This document shows, in pieces, positions 19,288-29,468 of a stretch of DNA of 64,000 nucleotides. The stretch comes from a candidate division FCPU426 bacterium (GTDB lineage: Bacteria > Oederibacteriota > Muellerivitia > Muellerivitales > Muellerivitaceae). A model generated the notes under the pieces. That model was given only the letters and a program-made list of their open reading frames with translations, did not search any database and was not told the origin of the DNA. A program made the position numbers and the translations under genes. The stretch is from the NCBI GenBank assembly GCA_963719085.1, contig CAVRAL010000001.1, positions 32,001 through 96,000 on the forward strand. Reading direction: 5' to 3'. Each line of letters starts with the position of its first letter. Position 1 is the first letter of the stretch.

Positions 19288-20088
19288 TTGCGCGCCTCCG
19301 CTTCTGTTTCGCCTTGGCTTCCCTGGCTAAAACCTTTTCTTCCGTCCATGGTCCTTTTGGGCGGAAACGCGGCTGAGCTTTATCACAGTTCGCTTTTGGG
19401 CCGTCCCATTCCCCCCTTGCTCATCAAAGACACTATTTTTGGAGTGGAAAAAGCCGGCAAAAAATCAGCCGCGCTTCATGAGCATTTAATTAAATTGGGA
19501 TTTCAAAAGAAAAACGAAAAAACAGAAGTTCCCGAGGCCTCGGTCCCTGTTTACCGCCGAGGGGATTTGGGGACCATCCGATTTGTTTTTCCCCAGAAAA
19601 AATCGGGACAGCCCGCCGCCTCCGCCGGATTGGCCGCGGCGCCTGAAAAAGGTTTAGAGATTCTTTTGGAAAATCCCCATTCGGTCGAGGTTAAATACCT
19701 GGACCAAAGTTACGATGTTTATATTCCCCAGATCGGGCGGTTTGTTTTAGCGAATGGTTTAAAGGTGAAAATTTTAAAAAAATCGGATCCGCGGGATATT
19801 TACCGGGCCGCCATGCATTTTATCCATATATTGGACTTGCTGGTGGAAAACGAGGACTTTGAGGAGGAGGCCCTGAATGATTTTTTGGAGATAAGGCCGC
19901 CGGCGTTGCTCAGGGAATTCCGGGATAATTTAAAAGAAAACGGGCCGGGCTCCATCTTGTGGGAATCGGCGCAGAAGCTTTACCTTAATCTTTATCCGAA
20001 CGTAAAAGCGGTTAAACTAACGTCGTGGCACTGGAAGTTTCAAAAAAAAATATCCAAAACTATTTTGGACTCTAAAACAACGGATTAA
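19288..20088 (+). CDS. Hypothetical protein, possibly a degenerate nucleotidyltransferase fold (GSU2403-like)
   Basis: 266-aa ORF coupled to its neighbours; N-terminal MVLLGGNAAELY resembles the hhhGG.A NTase motif. Confidence 0.45.
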   Translation: MRASASVSPWLPWLKPFLPSMVLLGGNAAELYHSSLLGRPIPPLLIKDTIFGVEKAGKKSAALHEHLIKLGFQKKNEKTEVPEASVPVYRRGDLGTIRFVFPQKKSGQPAASAGLAAAPEKGLEILLENPHSVEVKYLDQSYDVYIPQIGRFVLANGLKVKILKKSDPRDIYRAAMHFIHILDLLVENEDFEEEALNDFLEIRPPALLREFRDNLKENGPGSILWESAQKLYLNLYPNVKAVKLTSWHWKFQKKISKTILDSKTTD

Positions 20089-20093
20089 ATCGA

Positions 20094-20843
20094 ATGAAAA
20101 AAATCTCTCAAAAAAAACGCCGCCTCAACCCCGCCGCGTTTGTCACGGGCGGCGCCAGTACCTTGGGACGAGTCATCAGTTTGTCCTTAGCCCATGCGGG
20201 CTATGATCTCATTCTTCATTACGGTCGATCCCTGGACCTGACCCGAAAGCTACAGGCGGAACTGAAGTCGATGGGGTGTGAATCCACAGCGGTTCAAGCC
20301 GATTTGGGGCGTCCGGGAAGCCTGGCCAAGGCGGTTGTAAAAGCTCCCGGTTATTTAAAGCGGCTGAAGCTTCTGGTCCATAACGCCTCAATATTTGATA
20401 AGACGTCGTCGGAGGTTTTTGACGAAAAAGATTGGAAAAGAATTCTCGGAATTAATTTGTTGTCTCCCTACGCGTTGAGCTGCGCACTTCATCCGTTCCT
20501 CAAAAAAAACAGCGGCAATATTGTCCATATCGCCGATATCTATGGGGAGCATCCGGCCTTGAAAGGGCATTCGGCTTATTGTGTTTCCAAAGGCGGGTTG
20601 ATCACGCTGACGAAATTTTTGGCCGGGGAATGGGGTCCGCGGATCCGGGTCAACGCCGTTTCGCCGGGAGTCATCTCTTTTCCCGAAAACTATAGCGCCA
20701 GTAAAAAGAAGCATCTGGCCCAAAAATCGGCTTTGAAGAGGGGCGGGAAACCCGAAGATATCGCAGAAGCGGTTTTATTTTTATCCCAAAGCGCTTTCAT
20801 TACGGGTCAGGTTTTGAATGTGGATGGCGGACGGTTTCTCTAA
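20094..20843 (+). CDS. SDR oxidoreductase, pteridine reductase/FolM-like
   Basis: VTGGASTLG, LHY, HNASIF, IADI, YCVSK, VNAVSPG, ITGQVLNVDGG; converges on folBK. Confidence 0.8.
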   Translation: MKKISQKKRRLNPAAFVTGGASTLGRVISLSLAHAGYDLILHYGRSLDLTRKLQAELKSMGCESTAVQADLGRPGSLAKAVVKAPGYLKRLKLLVHNASIFDKTSSEVFDEKDWKRILGINLLSPYALSCALHPFLKKNSGNIVHIADIYGEHPALKGHSAYCVSKGGLITLTKFLAGEWGPRIRVNAVSPGVISFPENYSASKKKHLAQKSALKRGGKPEDIAEAVLFLSQSAFITGQVLNVDGGRFL

Positions 20844-20863
20844 GAGGGAAAGGCCATCCCGCT

Positions 20864-21757
20864 TTAGCCTATCCAATCACCCAGGGGAAAAGCCGGCAAA
20901 CTCTCCATCGGCAACATCCTTATCTTTTGATTCGGATCATTAAATCGCGCGGCCATCTCCAAATAACTGAGATTTAATTTCGGGTGTTTTAGGCTGGGGA
21001 AAATCTCGGTGAGGGGAAAGAGCACGAATGCTTTTTGGGCGATGTCCGGGTGCGGGATCGAAAATTTTGAGTTTGTCACCAAGGACTCGTTCCAGAGGAT
21101 GAGGTCCACATCTAAAGTTCGAGGGCCATTGGGGTCTCCTTTTCGGACTCGCCCCCCCTTTTTTTCCAGTCTCGTCAGCCATTTTTTGATTTTGGCGGGC
21201 GAATCATCCGTTTCGACCGCCGCGACCATATTCCAAAACGCCGGTTGCTTCTTCAAATTGACGGGAGAAGTTTCGTAAACATGGGAAACTTTTACCAAAC
21301 CGTATTTTTTATCAATCTCGTTCAAAGCATAAGCCAAATGCGGGGCGGGGTGAATATTGGAGCCTAGGCTGAAAACTACCCAACTGTCCTGAGGAGGCCG
21401 GGCTCCGCGTTGGATGTTGACGCCGACGGTTTGAGAGCCGCGGATCGCGCCGGGTTTATGAACCGAAAGGGATAAATCGCGCAAATGAAATTGTGTGAGT
21501 AAAAGCGCGGCCAAGCGCTCCGCCAGGGTCTCCACCAGCTGAAAACGGCTATTTTCAACATATTGAATCGTGGCTTTGGCTATTTTTTTGTAATCGATGG
21601 TGTCCTTGATTTTGTCCTGACGCGACGCTTTCCGGATATTGCAAGAAAATTTCAGGTCAATCAACACGTCCTGTTTTCGCCGGCGTTCCCAGTCAAAGAT
21701 GCCGATGATGCATTTAATTTTCAGGCCGGTGAGGGTGATATAATCCTTCGAAGCCAA
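20864..21757 (-). CDS. folBK: Bifunctional dihydroneopterin aldolase / HPPK (FolB-FolK fusion)
   Basis: N-terminal IGIFDWER...IDY...LVETLAE...KPGA; C-terminal SLGSNI, YETSPV, PRTLDVDL, IPHP; TTG start at 21757 with GGAG SD. Confidence 0.92.
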   Translation of the reverse strand: MASKDYITLTGLKIKCIIGIFDWERRRKQDVLIDLKFSCNIRKASRQDKIKDTIDYKKIAKATIQYVENSRFQLVETLAERLAALLLTQFHLRDLSLSVHKPGAIRGSQTVGVNIQRGARPPQDSWVVFSLGSNIHPAPHLAYALNEIDKKYGLVKVSHVYETSPVNLKKQPAFWNMVAAVETDDSPAKIKKWLTRLEKKGGRVRKGDPNGPRTLDVDLILWNESLVTNSKFSIPHPDIAQKAFVLFPLTEIFPSLKHPKLNLSYLEMAARFNDPNQKIRMLPMESLPAFPLGDWIG

Positions 21758-21841
21758 GTTGGTTCTCCGCGAGTTGAGTTGGTACAGCTGGGAAATCAAA
21801 AACCTCGAGACCGCCCCATTTCAACAGAAACCCGAGTTCAA

Positions 21842-24211
21842 TTGAAGGATGTTTTTAAAGGAGGGAAGGGTTTTAAGCGTTGGGGGTCCTCGCGATCAAG
21901 GACCTTCATCAACGGCCACCTAGCGGCTTGTTTTTTTCTTATTTTCCTCAATATCGTTATGTTTGCGGACTTGTTTTGGACGGGCGGATCCCAAGTGATT
22001 TCCAGCCCCTTGGGCGACATCGCCCAACATTTTTTAGCCTGGCGTCAATTTTACGCGGATCAATTAAGGGCGGGAATCATTCCGCTTTGGACTCCCGCAT
22101 ATTTGTGCGGGGTTCCCTTTATGGGCGGTTTTGAATCCGCTGTTTTTTATCCTTTTAATTTGTTGTTCCTGGTTTTTTCCCTTCCTACCGCCGTTAATCT
22201 TGAGGTCTTTTTACATGCGCTGATGGCCGGGCTTTTCAGCTACGGGTGGGCGGCTTCACGTGGTTGGAGGCCTTTGGCTTGTTTATTGACGGCTTGCGGC
22301 GTCACTTTCGGCGGCCCCTTTTTTTTACAAGTCTATGCCGGGCATCTTTCCAACTTGTGCGCCATGGCTTGGATTCCACTGATTTTTTGGGCCTTGGAAG
22401 AATTGGCAAAGAAAATCTCAATCCGCTGGTGCGGCTGGGCGACTTTCGCTGTTTGCCTGCAAGGCCTGGCGGGGCATCCTCAATATTTTTATTACACGGC
22501 CTTGATGATTTTTGTTTATGGATTGATTTTGAGTTTAAAGACCTCCGAGTTATTTAAAAAAATGTGGATTCTGGGATTGGTTTATGGCGCCGGATTGTGT
22601 CTTTCGGCGCCCCAATGGCTGACGGGACTGGAGGCGGTCGGGGAATCCGCGCGAGGGAATTTAAACGATTTCAAAACATCCGGATTATTTTCACTTCCGC
22701 CGGAAAATTTCATCACCTTATTTATGCCGGATTTTTTGGGGCCCGTGGGAAGCAATCAATATTGGGGACGCTGGTATTTGTGGGATGTCTCGCTTTTCAC
22801 GGGGTCGATTCTGTTATTTTTGTGCTTTTACGCATTGACCAAAAATCGAATGAAAAACTTAGGCGAGATTTTTATGATCGGAATCGCTTTTTTAATGGCG
22901 TGGGGACAATCGACCCCGCTTTTTCGAGTTTTGTTCGATGCGCTTCCGGGTTTCAAAAGCTTTCGGGGCACCTGCAAGTTCGATATTTTTATCACGCTTT
23001 TCATCGCGCTTTTGGCCGGTTCGGGGCTGGACCGCCTTCTGACGAAAAAACGCTTGGAAGCCGGGGTGTGGAAGGGATTGCTCGCGGCCGCGTTTCTATC
23101 GGCGGGACTGGGTTGGGTCATTCAAGGGTCCGCCCAAAAGGGATTGGCGGGCGCGTGGGGAACTTGGCTCCTGTCGGTGCATTGGTTGAAAGCGGAATTG
23201 GCGCCGCTGGATCAACAAACCTTAAGTGATTTCGCGCAGAAAGCCGGCCTTCAATCGGCTCAAAGCCTTTTCCTTTTTTCGATAATGATTTTGATCATGG
23301 CGGGGTGCGCCTGGTGGAGCCGGTTCAATCCCAAAGGGGTGTTGGCGCTTGGGTTGATCGCGATTTTGGAACTGTTTTTATTCGCCCATTCCCATCGTCC
23401 CACTTTTGAGTGGGGATCCTTAAGCGCGAAATTCGAGACGATTAAAAATTTTTATCAATCCCATCCGGGGGATTACCGGGTCATGGGGACCGGAAGCGAC
23501 TCGGTTTTGGAAGGGGGGGTGGATATTTGGGAGGGACAGCCGCTCATTCTTTCCCGTTATGGGCGCTTTGTGGCTAAAAGCCAGGGATTTCCCGAGGCGG
23601 AGTTGTTTCGCACCTCGCCGATTTTCAGACGCTTTGACCCGGTTTATTCCATCGTTCGGCTTCGGTATCTCTTGAGCGATGAGAGCGGGAACCGGGTTCA
23701 GGCGCTTGAGCTTCCTTTTAAGCCTTTCCCCCAGGTTAAAATTTATCACCAAGCCGCCATCGCCTCCTCGGCGGAGGAGGCACTTTCTTTTTTATTAACC
23801 CCCGGATTTGACATTAAAAATCGCATCATCTTGGAGCAAAAGCCTTCCTTTGTCCCTCGGCCAGCCATGGCGCCGGAACAGGCGGTCGGGTCAGATCTTT
23901 CAGTTAATCAAATGGGGATTCAAGCCCATCTCTCCTCACCGGGTTTTTTGCTCATTACGGATAATTATGGACTGGGCTGGAAAGTGCGATCGGCCGGGGG
24001 AGACTTTTGGCCGGGAGTGCGGGTGGAACCAGCGGACGGATTTTTAAGGGCGATTCCGCTGGAGGCCGGGGTTTACGATCTGAGACTGGTTTACGCCCCG
24101 GATTCTTTTCGGGTGGGCCTGTGGATTTCACTGCTTTCGTGGATGTTTTATATTGCTATACTGACCTGCGTTTTTCGCCGCCCCCTATCGCCCGCACTTA
24201 AAAGGAAGTGA
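21842..24211 (+). CDS. YfhO-family (GT-C-like) polytopic membrane protein
   Basis: IPLWTP..CGVPF, FYPFN, GHPQ, many TM helices, C-terminal NYGLGWK...GFLRAIPLEAG...Y.P; start uncertain (upstream extension overlaps folBK). Confidence 0.8.
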   Translation: MKDVFKGGKGFKRWGSSRSRTFINGHLAACFFLIFLNIVMFADLFWTGGSQVISSPLGDIAQHFLAWRQFYADQLRAGIIPLWTPAYLCGVPFMGGFESAVFYPFNLLFLVFSLPTAVNLEVFLHALMAGLFSYGWAASRGWRPLACLLTACGVTFGGPFFLQVYAGHLSNLCAMAWIPLIFWALEELAKKISIRWCGWATFAVCLQGLAGHPQYFYYTALMIFVYGLILSLKTSELFKKMWILGLVYGAGLCLSAPQWLTGLEAVGESARGNLNDFKTSGLFSLPPENFITLFMPDFLGPVGSNQYWGRWYLWDVSLFTGSILLFLCFYALTKNRMKNLGEIFMIGIAFLMAWGQSTPLFRVLFDALPGFKSFRGTCKFDIFITLFIALLAGSGLDRLLTKKRLEAGVWKGLLAAAFLSAGLGWVIQGSAQKGLAGAWGTWLLSVHWLKAELAPLDQQTLSDFAQKAGLQSAQSLFLFSIMILIMAGCAWWSRFNPKGVLALGLIAILELFLFAHSHRPTFEWGSLSAKFETIKNFYQSHPGDYRVMGTGSDSVLEGGVDIWEGQPLILSRYGRFVAKSQGFPEAELFRTSPIFRRFDPVYSIVRLRYLLSDESGNRVQALELPFKPFPQVKIYHQAAIASSAEEALSFLLTPGFDIKNRIILEQKPSFVPRPAMAPEQAVGSDLSVNQMGIQAHLSSPGFLLITDNYGLGWKVRSAGGDFWPGVRVEPADGFLRAIPLEAGVYDLRLVYAPDSFRVGLWISLLSWMFYIAILTCVFRRPLSPALKRK

Positions 24212-24215
24212 AGCT

Positions 24216-25091
24216 TTGAAGATCATTGAACTTTTCAAGCGCCCGGAAAAATTGTTTTCATTCGAGCTTTTTCCGCCCAAACGGGATGGAAATTTGGAGG
24301 CGCTTTTTGAGACCGTTGAGGTTCTTAAAAAAATGAATCCGGGTTATATCTCGATTACCTATGGAGCGGGCGGTTCCACCCGGGATATGACTTATGACAT
24401 CGCTTTGCGTTTGAAAAATCTCGACATCACTCCCTTGGTTCATTTCACCTGCGTGGGTCATTCGCAAAACGAGATCCGCGAGCTACTCATCCGGCTGAAG
24501 GCCGCCGGCATCGAGAATTTATTGGCGCTGCGGGGGGATCCCCCGAAGGGCCAGTCCGCTTTTATCCCGGCCCCGGATGGGTTTCGGCACGCCAATGAGC
24601 TGGTTTCTTATATCCGAAAAGAGGGATTCGATTTTTGTTTGGGGGTGGCCGGTTATCCGGAGGTTCATCCGGAGGCTCCCAGCGCCGACGCGGATCTGAA
24701 TAATTTAAAAAAGAAGGTCGACGCGGGCGGTCAATTTATCGTGACCCAGCTTTTTTTCGACAATCGCGATTACTTTTCCTATGTTGAAAAATTAAAGGCC
24801 ATGGGCGTGAGGGTCCCGGTTCAACCGGGCATTTGGCTTTTGACCGATTACGCCCAGATTGAAAGGTTCCAGTCTTTGTCCGGGGCCAAGATCCCCCCGG
24901 CCTTGGCTGAACAAGTCGAGCGGGTCAAAGAAGATAAGGCCGCGGTTACCGCCATTGGCATCGATTACGCCACCCGCCAATGCGCCGAGCTTTTGAGCCA
25001 AGGCGCGCCCGGAATTCACTTTTATGTGATGAATAAAAGTCATTCCGTCGGTTTGGTGCTTGGGAACTTAAGCGCCCTCGGTTTACGGTAA
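24216..25091 (+). CDS. metF: 5,10-methylenetetrahydrofolate reductase
   Basis: SFELFPPK, SITYGAGGST, LALRGDPP, AGYPEVH, TQLFFD. Confidence 0.96.
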   Translation: MKIIELFKRPEKLFSFELFPPKRDGNLEALFETVEVLKKMNPGYISITYGAGGSTRDMTYDIALRLKNLDITPLVHFTCVGHSQNEIRELLIRLKAAGIENLLALRGDPPKGQSAFIPAPDGFRHANELVSYIRKEGFDFCLGVAGYPEVHPEAPSADADLNNLKKKVDAGGQFIVTQLFFDNRDYFSYVEKLKAMGVRVPVQPGIWLLTDYAQIERFQSLSGAKIPPALAEQVERVKEDKAAVTAIGIDYATRQCAELLSQGAPGIHFYVMNKSHSVGLVLGNLSALGLR

Positions 25092-25191
25092 GCGTTTCCT
25101 CGAATCCGAACCCCCACTTCAAGGTTGTGGCGCCCCGCTGAACCCGATATACTTTCGTAACGCCTTATTTCCCTTAATTCCGGAGTGATTC

Positions 25192-25635
25192 ATGTCAGAC
25201 GCCGCTTCCATTTTTAATCGGCTTCGAAGTGTGCTCCAGAATACTTATTTTTTCCAAGCCCTGAAATTAAACGAGTTGGATGAGTTGATCGGCCATTTAC
25301 GGATGGTCCGGGTCCAAAAGGGTTATGAAATCGTGAAGCAGGGCGATCCGGGCGACGCTTTTTACCTGATCGCGGCCGGCAAGGTTTCAGTTTGGATGAA
25401 AAAAGGTTTTGGGAAATCGAAGGTGGCGGATTTGGGGCCGGACGAGTTTTTCGGCGAAATGGCTTTGCTGTCTAACGAGCCCCGGAACGCGACGGTGGTG
25501 GCCGAGGAAGTAGCGGAGCTTTTTATTCTGCAAAAGTATGATTTTGAAAAGATTTTAATGAAAAATCCGGTCATTGTGGATCAGTTAAAAAAATCTTTTG
25601 ATGAACGCCAAGAAAAAAATAAATTCGGGGTTTGA
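25192..25635 (+). CDS. Stand-alone cyclic nucleotide-binding domain protein
   Basis: QGDPGDAFYLI..G.V, FFGEMALL, PRNATV. Confidence 0.9.
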   Translation: MSDAASIFNRLRSVLQNTYFFQALKLNELDELIGHLRMVRVQKGYEIVKQGDPGDAFYLIAAGKVSVWMKKGFGKSKVADLGPDEFFGEMALLSNEPRNATVVAEEVAELFILQKYDFEKILMKNPVIVDQLKKSFDERQEKNKFGV

Positions 25636-25645
25636 TGAAAGTGAA

Positions 25646-25674
25646 TTGACAAGCCCTCCAAAGATTGGCATATT
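25646..25674 (+). promoter_or_regulatory. Putative sigma70 promoter for tRNA(CAT)-tilS-ftsH
   Basis: TTGACA-17 nt-CATATT with TG extension. Confidence 0.6.
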
Positions 25675-25698
25675 CACACCTCCGTTTTTAATCCAATC

Positions 25699-25775
25699 GG
25701 CGGGGTAGCTCAGCTGGCTAGAGCAACGGTTTCATAATCCGTAGGTCGAGAGTTCGAGTCTCTCCCCCGCTACCA
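25699..25775 (+). tRNA. tRNA(CAT), probably elongator Met (Ile2 not excluded)
   Basis: GGCGGGGTAGCTCAGCTGGCTAGAGC...TT CAT AA...TTCGAGT...CCCCGCTACCA. Confidence 0.93.
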
Positions 25776-25806
25776 TTTTCCCCTTTTTAGACCCCAAGGA
25801 TTCCGG

Positions 25807-26832
25807 ATGAAAGCCTCCCAGAAGCTGAATCCCATTTTGGTTTTACCCCCGGCGCCTTTTTCAAAAAAGTCCCGTCTTCTCGTCGGTCTTTCGGGCGGGA
25901 GCGACTCCACCGCTCTTTTATCCCTTCTTTTAAAACAAACGGCGTCCCAAGGCGCGGTGATTGAGGCGGCCCATGTGAATTATCATTTGAGGGGCCGGGA
26001 GTCCTTGCGGGATGAGGTTTTTGTGAAGGACTTATGTGAAAAGTTAAAGGTGCGATTGAGTCTTTTGCGTTTGAAAAACGCCCGGCTTGAGGCTCGGCGC
26101 CAAAAAAAATCCCTTCAAGATTGGGCCCGGGACCGCCGATACGTTTTTTTTGCCCAATTGTGCCGCGAACGCCGGGCTTGGGGAGCGGTCGTGGCCCATC
26201 AGGCCGACGACCAGGCCGAGACCGTGATGGACCGGCTTTTGCGCGGGGCCGGCTCCCGGGGGCTCACGGGTCTGAGGGCGGTTCAAGAACTGCGGTTTTC
26301 AAAACCCAAAGCCCGGATTAATATCTGGCGCCCCCTTCTTTATTTTTCCCGGGAAGAATTAAAAAATTATCTAAGCGGCCAGGGCCTTTCTTGGCGGGAG
26401 GATTCGAGCAATCAGAAAACCGACTACCGGCGAAACCAAATCCGGCATCAGGTTCTTCCTTTTCTGGCCCGGTGGAATCCACAAATTTCCAAAAGCCTTT
26501 CCAAGATCGGGGAAGTGACGGCGGCCCAGGACCTTTTTCTGGCCCAGTCGCTTGAAAAGCTTAGCCGGCGGATGAAGTTTCGTTTCATCCGTTCCGCCGG
26601 CTATCGGGGATTAAAATCGGAGTTTGTTCGGATGCCCTTAGCCCTTCAAAGGCTCTGGGTCCGGGAAGTGGCCGAAAGACTATCTCCCGGCGCCCGGGGA
26701 CTCTCCTTTGATCGTTTGGAGGATGTTTTACGCGTTTGGAAGGGCCTTAAAAAGGGGCCTTGCGATTTGGGGCAGGGTCTTTTAGCGGATTGCCGGGATG
26801 GAAGCGTTTTTATGACATCGGGGAGTTTTTGA
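25807..26832 (+). CDS. tilS: tRNA(Ile)-lysidine synthetase
   Basis: SGGSDS PP-loop, HVNYHLRG, AHQADDQAET, RPLL, EDSSN, RNQIRH. Confidence 0.95.
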   Translation: MKASQKLNPILVLPPAPFSKKSRLLVGLSGGSDSTALLSLLLKQTASQGAVIEAAHVNYHLRGRESLRDEVFVKDLCEKLKVRLSLLRLKNARLEARRQKKSLQDWARDRRYVFFAQLCRERRAWGAVVAHQADDQAETVMDRLLRGAGSRGLTGLRAVQELRFSKPKARINIWRPLLYFSREELKNYLSGQGLSWREDSSNQKTDYRRNQIRHQVLPFLARWNPQISKSLSKIGEVTAAQDLFLAQSLEKLSRRMKFRFIRSAGYRGLKSEFVRMPLALQRLWVREVAERLSPGARGLSFDRLEDVLRVWKGLKKGPCDLGQGLLADCRDGSVFMTSGSF

Positions 26833-26979
26833 CCCCCGAAGGGTATTTACCTGGCTTGTTATTGATGATTCCTTATATTTTTTTTGGATTCTTTATGGAA
26901 TTTCAGCCAATTCAGGGTTGAAATATCGACCCTTCGGACGGATATTCATTGAGCAGCTTATCGCGAGAGGAGTTTTCCC

Positions 26980-28917
26980 TTGAACCAGTTTTTCAAAAAC
27001 TCGGCCGGATTGCTTTTGATCGTCATCCTTGTCCTTTATTTTTGCCAACAGATTCAGGCCCCCAGCAAAAAAAGCGAAAAATGGGACTATTCCAAGTTTG
27101 TCACCCAAGTTGAGGCGGGGTTGGTTCAAAAAGTCCAGACTCAACCGGATGAGCGGATGATCACGGGAACCGGTAAGGATGGAAATGATTTTTCCGTGAT
27201 TGATCCGGGGGACCCCAATTTAGTGAAGATGCTCTTGGACAAAAACGTTGTCTTGGACTCCCAACTCCCCAAACAAAATAATTGGTTCCAAATTTTGGTG
27301 AGCTTTGGCCCCATCGTGCTGCTCCTGGGCTGGTTCTTTTTCATGATGCGCCAAAGCCAGGGCGGCGGCGGGGGGGCGTTGGCCTTCGGAAAAAGCCGGG
27401 CGCGGCTTATGGCGACGGGTCAGCAAAAAGTGACCTTTCAGGATGTGGCCGGCGTGGAAGAGGCTAAGACCGAATTAATGGAAGTCGTTGATTTCCTCAA
27501 AGACCCCAAGAAATACCAATCCCTCGGCGGAAAAATTCCGAAGGGCGTTATTTTACTGGGCCCTCCGGGCACAGGCAAAACCCTTTTGGCTAAGGCCGTG
27601 GCGGGGGAGGCGGGAGTTCCTTTCTTCTCAATCTCGGGCTCCGATTTCGTGGAAATGTTCGTGGGGGTCGGCGCGGCCCGGGTCCGGGATTTATTTGAGC
27701 AAGGAAAGAAACACGCGCCTTGCATCATCTTTATTGATGAGATCGACGCGGTGGGCCGCCAGCGCGGCGCGGGACTCGGCGGGGGCCACGATGAACGGGA
27801 ACAAACCTTGAACGCCCTGCTGGTGGAGATGGACGGATTTAACACAAACTCGGGCGTTATTTTGATCGCCGCCACCAACCGTTTGGACGTTTTAGATCCC
27901 GCCTTGCTTCGCCCGGGCCGTTTTGACCGCCAAGTGGTGGTGGACCGCCCCGATCTCGGTGGACGGGAAGCCATTCTCAAGGTCCATTCCAAGGTCGTTA
28001 AGCTGGCGGACCAAGTGGACCTGTCCATCATCGCCCGCCGCACGCCCGGATTTTCAGGAGCAGACCTGGCCAATCTCATCAACGAAGCGGCGCTTTTGGC
28101 CGCCCGGCGAAATAAAAAAGTGGTCGAGATCGCCGAATTGGAAGAAGCCATTGACCGCGTCATGGCGGGCCCCGAACGCCGCACCCGGGTTATTTCAGAA
28201 GAAGAGAAGAAAATCGTGGCCTATCACGAATCCGGCCATACGATCGTGGGCAAAATGATCGACAAGTCCCACACGGTCCATAAGGTCTCCATTATTCCTC
28301 GGGGGCACGCGGCTTTGGGCGCCACTTGGTACCTGCCGAACGAGGAAAAATTCTTATCGTCCAAGACCGAGCTTTTGAACCAAATCACCTCGCTTTTGGG
28401 CGGGCGCACGGCGGAAGAACTCATTTTCGGCGACGTCACCACGGGCGCGGGCAACGATTTGGAGCGGGCCACGGCCATCGCCCGGGCCATGATCTGCCAG
28501 TATGGAATGAGCGAAAAACTGGGCGCTTTGACCTTGGGCGGCAAGGATGACGCGGTTTTCATTGGCCGGGATTTAATGAAAGAAAAGAATTATTCCGAAA
28601 GCACGGCTCAAATGATCGACACCGAAACCAAACGCATGGTGGAAGATTGCCACAAGCGGGCGGCCGTCATTTTGAAAAAGAACAAAAAGTTTTTAAAAAC
28701 CATGGCGGAAGCCCTTTTGGAAAGGGAAGTATTGGACAGCTCCGAGGTGGATGATATTTTGGCGGGCCGAAAAATAACCGCTAAAACGCCTCCGGCCGCG
28801 ACTCCAAGCAATCCGCCCGCGCCGCCTTCGGCCGCGCCGGCTTCCACCCCGGATATTGTGCTCAAACCCTCCCCCGCGCCTTCGCAGGCCATCCAGGGCG
28901 GAGGCCCGATTGGATAA
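26980..28917 (+). CDS. ftsH: ATP-dependent zinc metalloprotease FtsH
   Basis: Two TM helices, [27 protein letters not shown]; Pro/Ala-rich tail. Confidence 0.98.
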   Translation: MNQFFKNSAGLLLIVILVLYFCQQIQAPSKKSEKWDYSKFVTQVEAGLVQKVQTQPDERMITGTGKDGNDFSVIDPGDPNLVKMLLDKNVVLDSQLPKQNNWFQILVSFGPIVLLLGWFFFMMRQSQGGGGGALAFGKSRARLMATGQQKVTFQDVAGVEEAKTELMEVVDFLKDPKKYQSLGGKIPKGVILLGPPGTGKTLLAKAVAGEAGVPFFSISGSDFVEMFVGVGAARVRDLFEQGKKHAPCIIFIDEIDAVGRQRGAGLGGGHDEREQTLNALLVEMDGFNTNSGVILIAATNRLDVLDPALLRPGRFDRQVVVDRPDLGGREAILKVHSKVVKLADQVDLSIIARRTPGFSGADLANLINEAALLAARRNKKVVEIAELEEAIDRVMAGPERRTRVISEEEKKIVAYHESGHTIVGKMIDKSHTVHKVSIIPRGHAALGATWYLPNEEKFLSSKTELLNQITSLLGGRTAEELIFGDVTTGAGNDLERATAIARAMICQYGMSEKLGALTLGGKDDAVFIGRDLMKEKNYSESTAQMIDTETKRMVEDCHKRAAVILKKNKKFLKTMAEALLEREVLDSSEVDDILAGRKITAKTPPAATPSNPPAPPSAAPASTPDIVLKPSPAPSQAIQGGGPIG

Positions 28918-29467
28918 GAAACGCATCGAGCGGGCGGTTCGAGAGATTCTCTCGGCCATCGGCGAGAATCCCAACCGGGAGGGCCTGAAGGACACGCCTA
29001 AACGCGTGGCCAAGATGTACGAGGAAGTTTTCTCCGGGCTCAAGGTCGATCCCAAGAAACTCGTCACCATCTTCGAGACCGAAGGCCATGAGGAGATGGT
29101 AATCCTCCGGGACATTCCTTTTTATTCCATGTGCGAGCATCACTTGCTGCCTTTTTACGGCAAGGCCCATATCGCCTATATCCCGACCCGGGAAAGGCTT
29201 TCGGGGCTTTCCAAATTGGCCCGGGTGGTGGAAGCGGTTTCCCGCAGGCCCCAGTTGCAGGAGCGCATCACCACCCAGGTCGCCGATACCTTAATGAAAG
29301 TCTTGAAACCCTTCGGCGTATTGGTCATCGTGGAAGCCGAGCATTTGTGCATGACCATGCGGGGCGTGAAAAAGCCCGGTTCCAAAATGACCACGTCCGC
29401 GGTCCGGGGGGTCTTCCAAGACCGGGAAGCCACCCGCATGGAAGCGCTGCACCTGATCGGAAAATAA
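28910..29467 (+). CDS. folE: GTP cyclohydrolase I
   Basis: [40 protein letters not shown] start overlapping the ftsH stop. Confidence 0.97.
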   Translation: MDKKRIERAVREILSAIGENPNREGLKDTPKRVAKMYEEVFSGLKVDPKKLVTIFETEGHEEMVILRDIPFYSMCEHHLLPFYGKAHIAYIPTRERLSGLSKLARVVEAVSRRPQLQERITTQVADTLMKVLKPFGVLVIVEAEHLCMTMRGVKKPGSKMTTSAVRGVFQDREATRMEALHLIGK

Positions 29468-29468
29468 C

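Noticed and set aside
21563..21841. Long 5' extension of the YfhO ORF overlapping folBK head-to-head
   Set aside because: More plausible starts (21757 minus, about 21842 plus) remove the overlap
27438..28184. 248-aa minus-strand ORF
   Set aside because: Antisense to the conserved FtsH AAA domain; Ser/Arg-rich shadow
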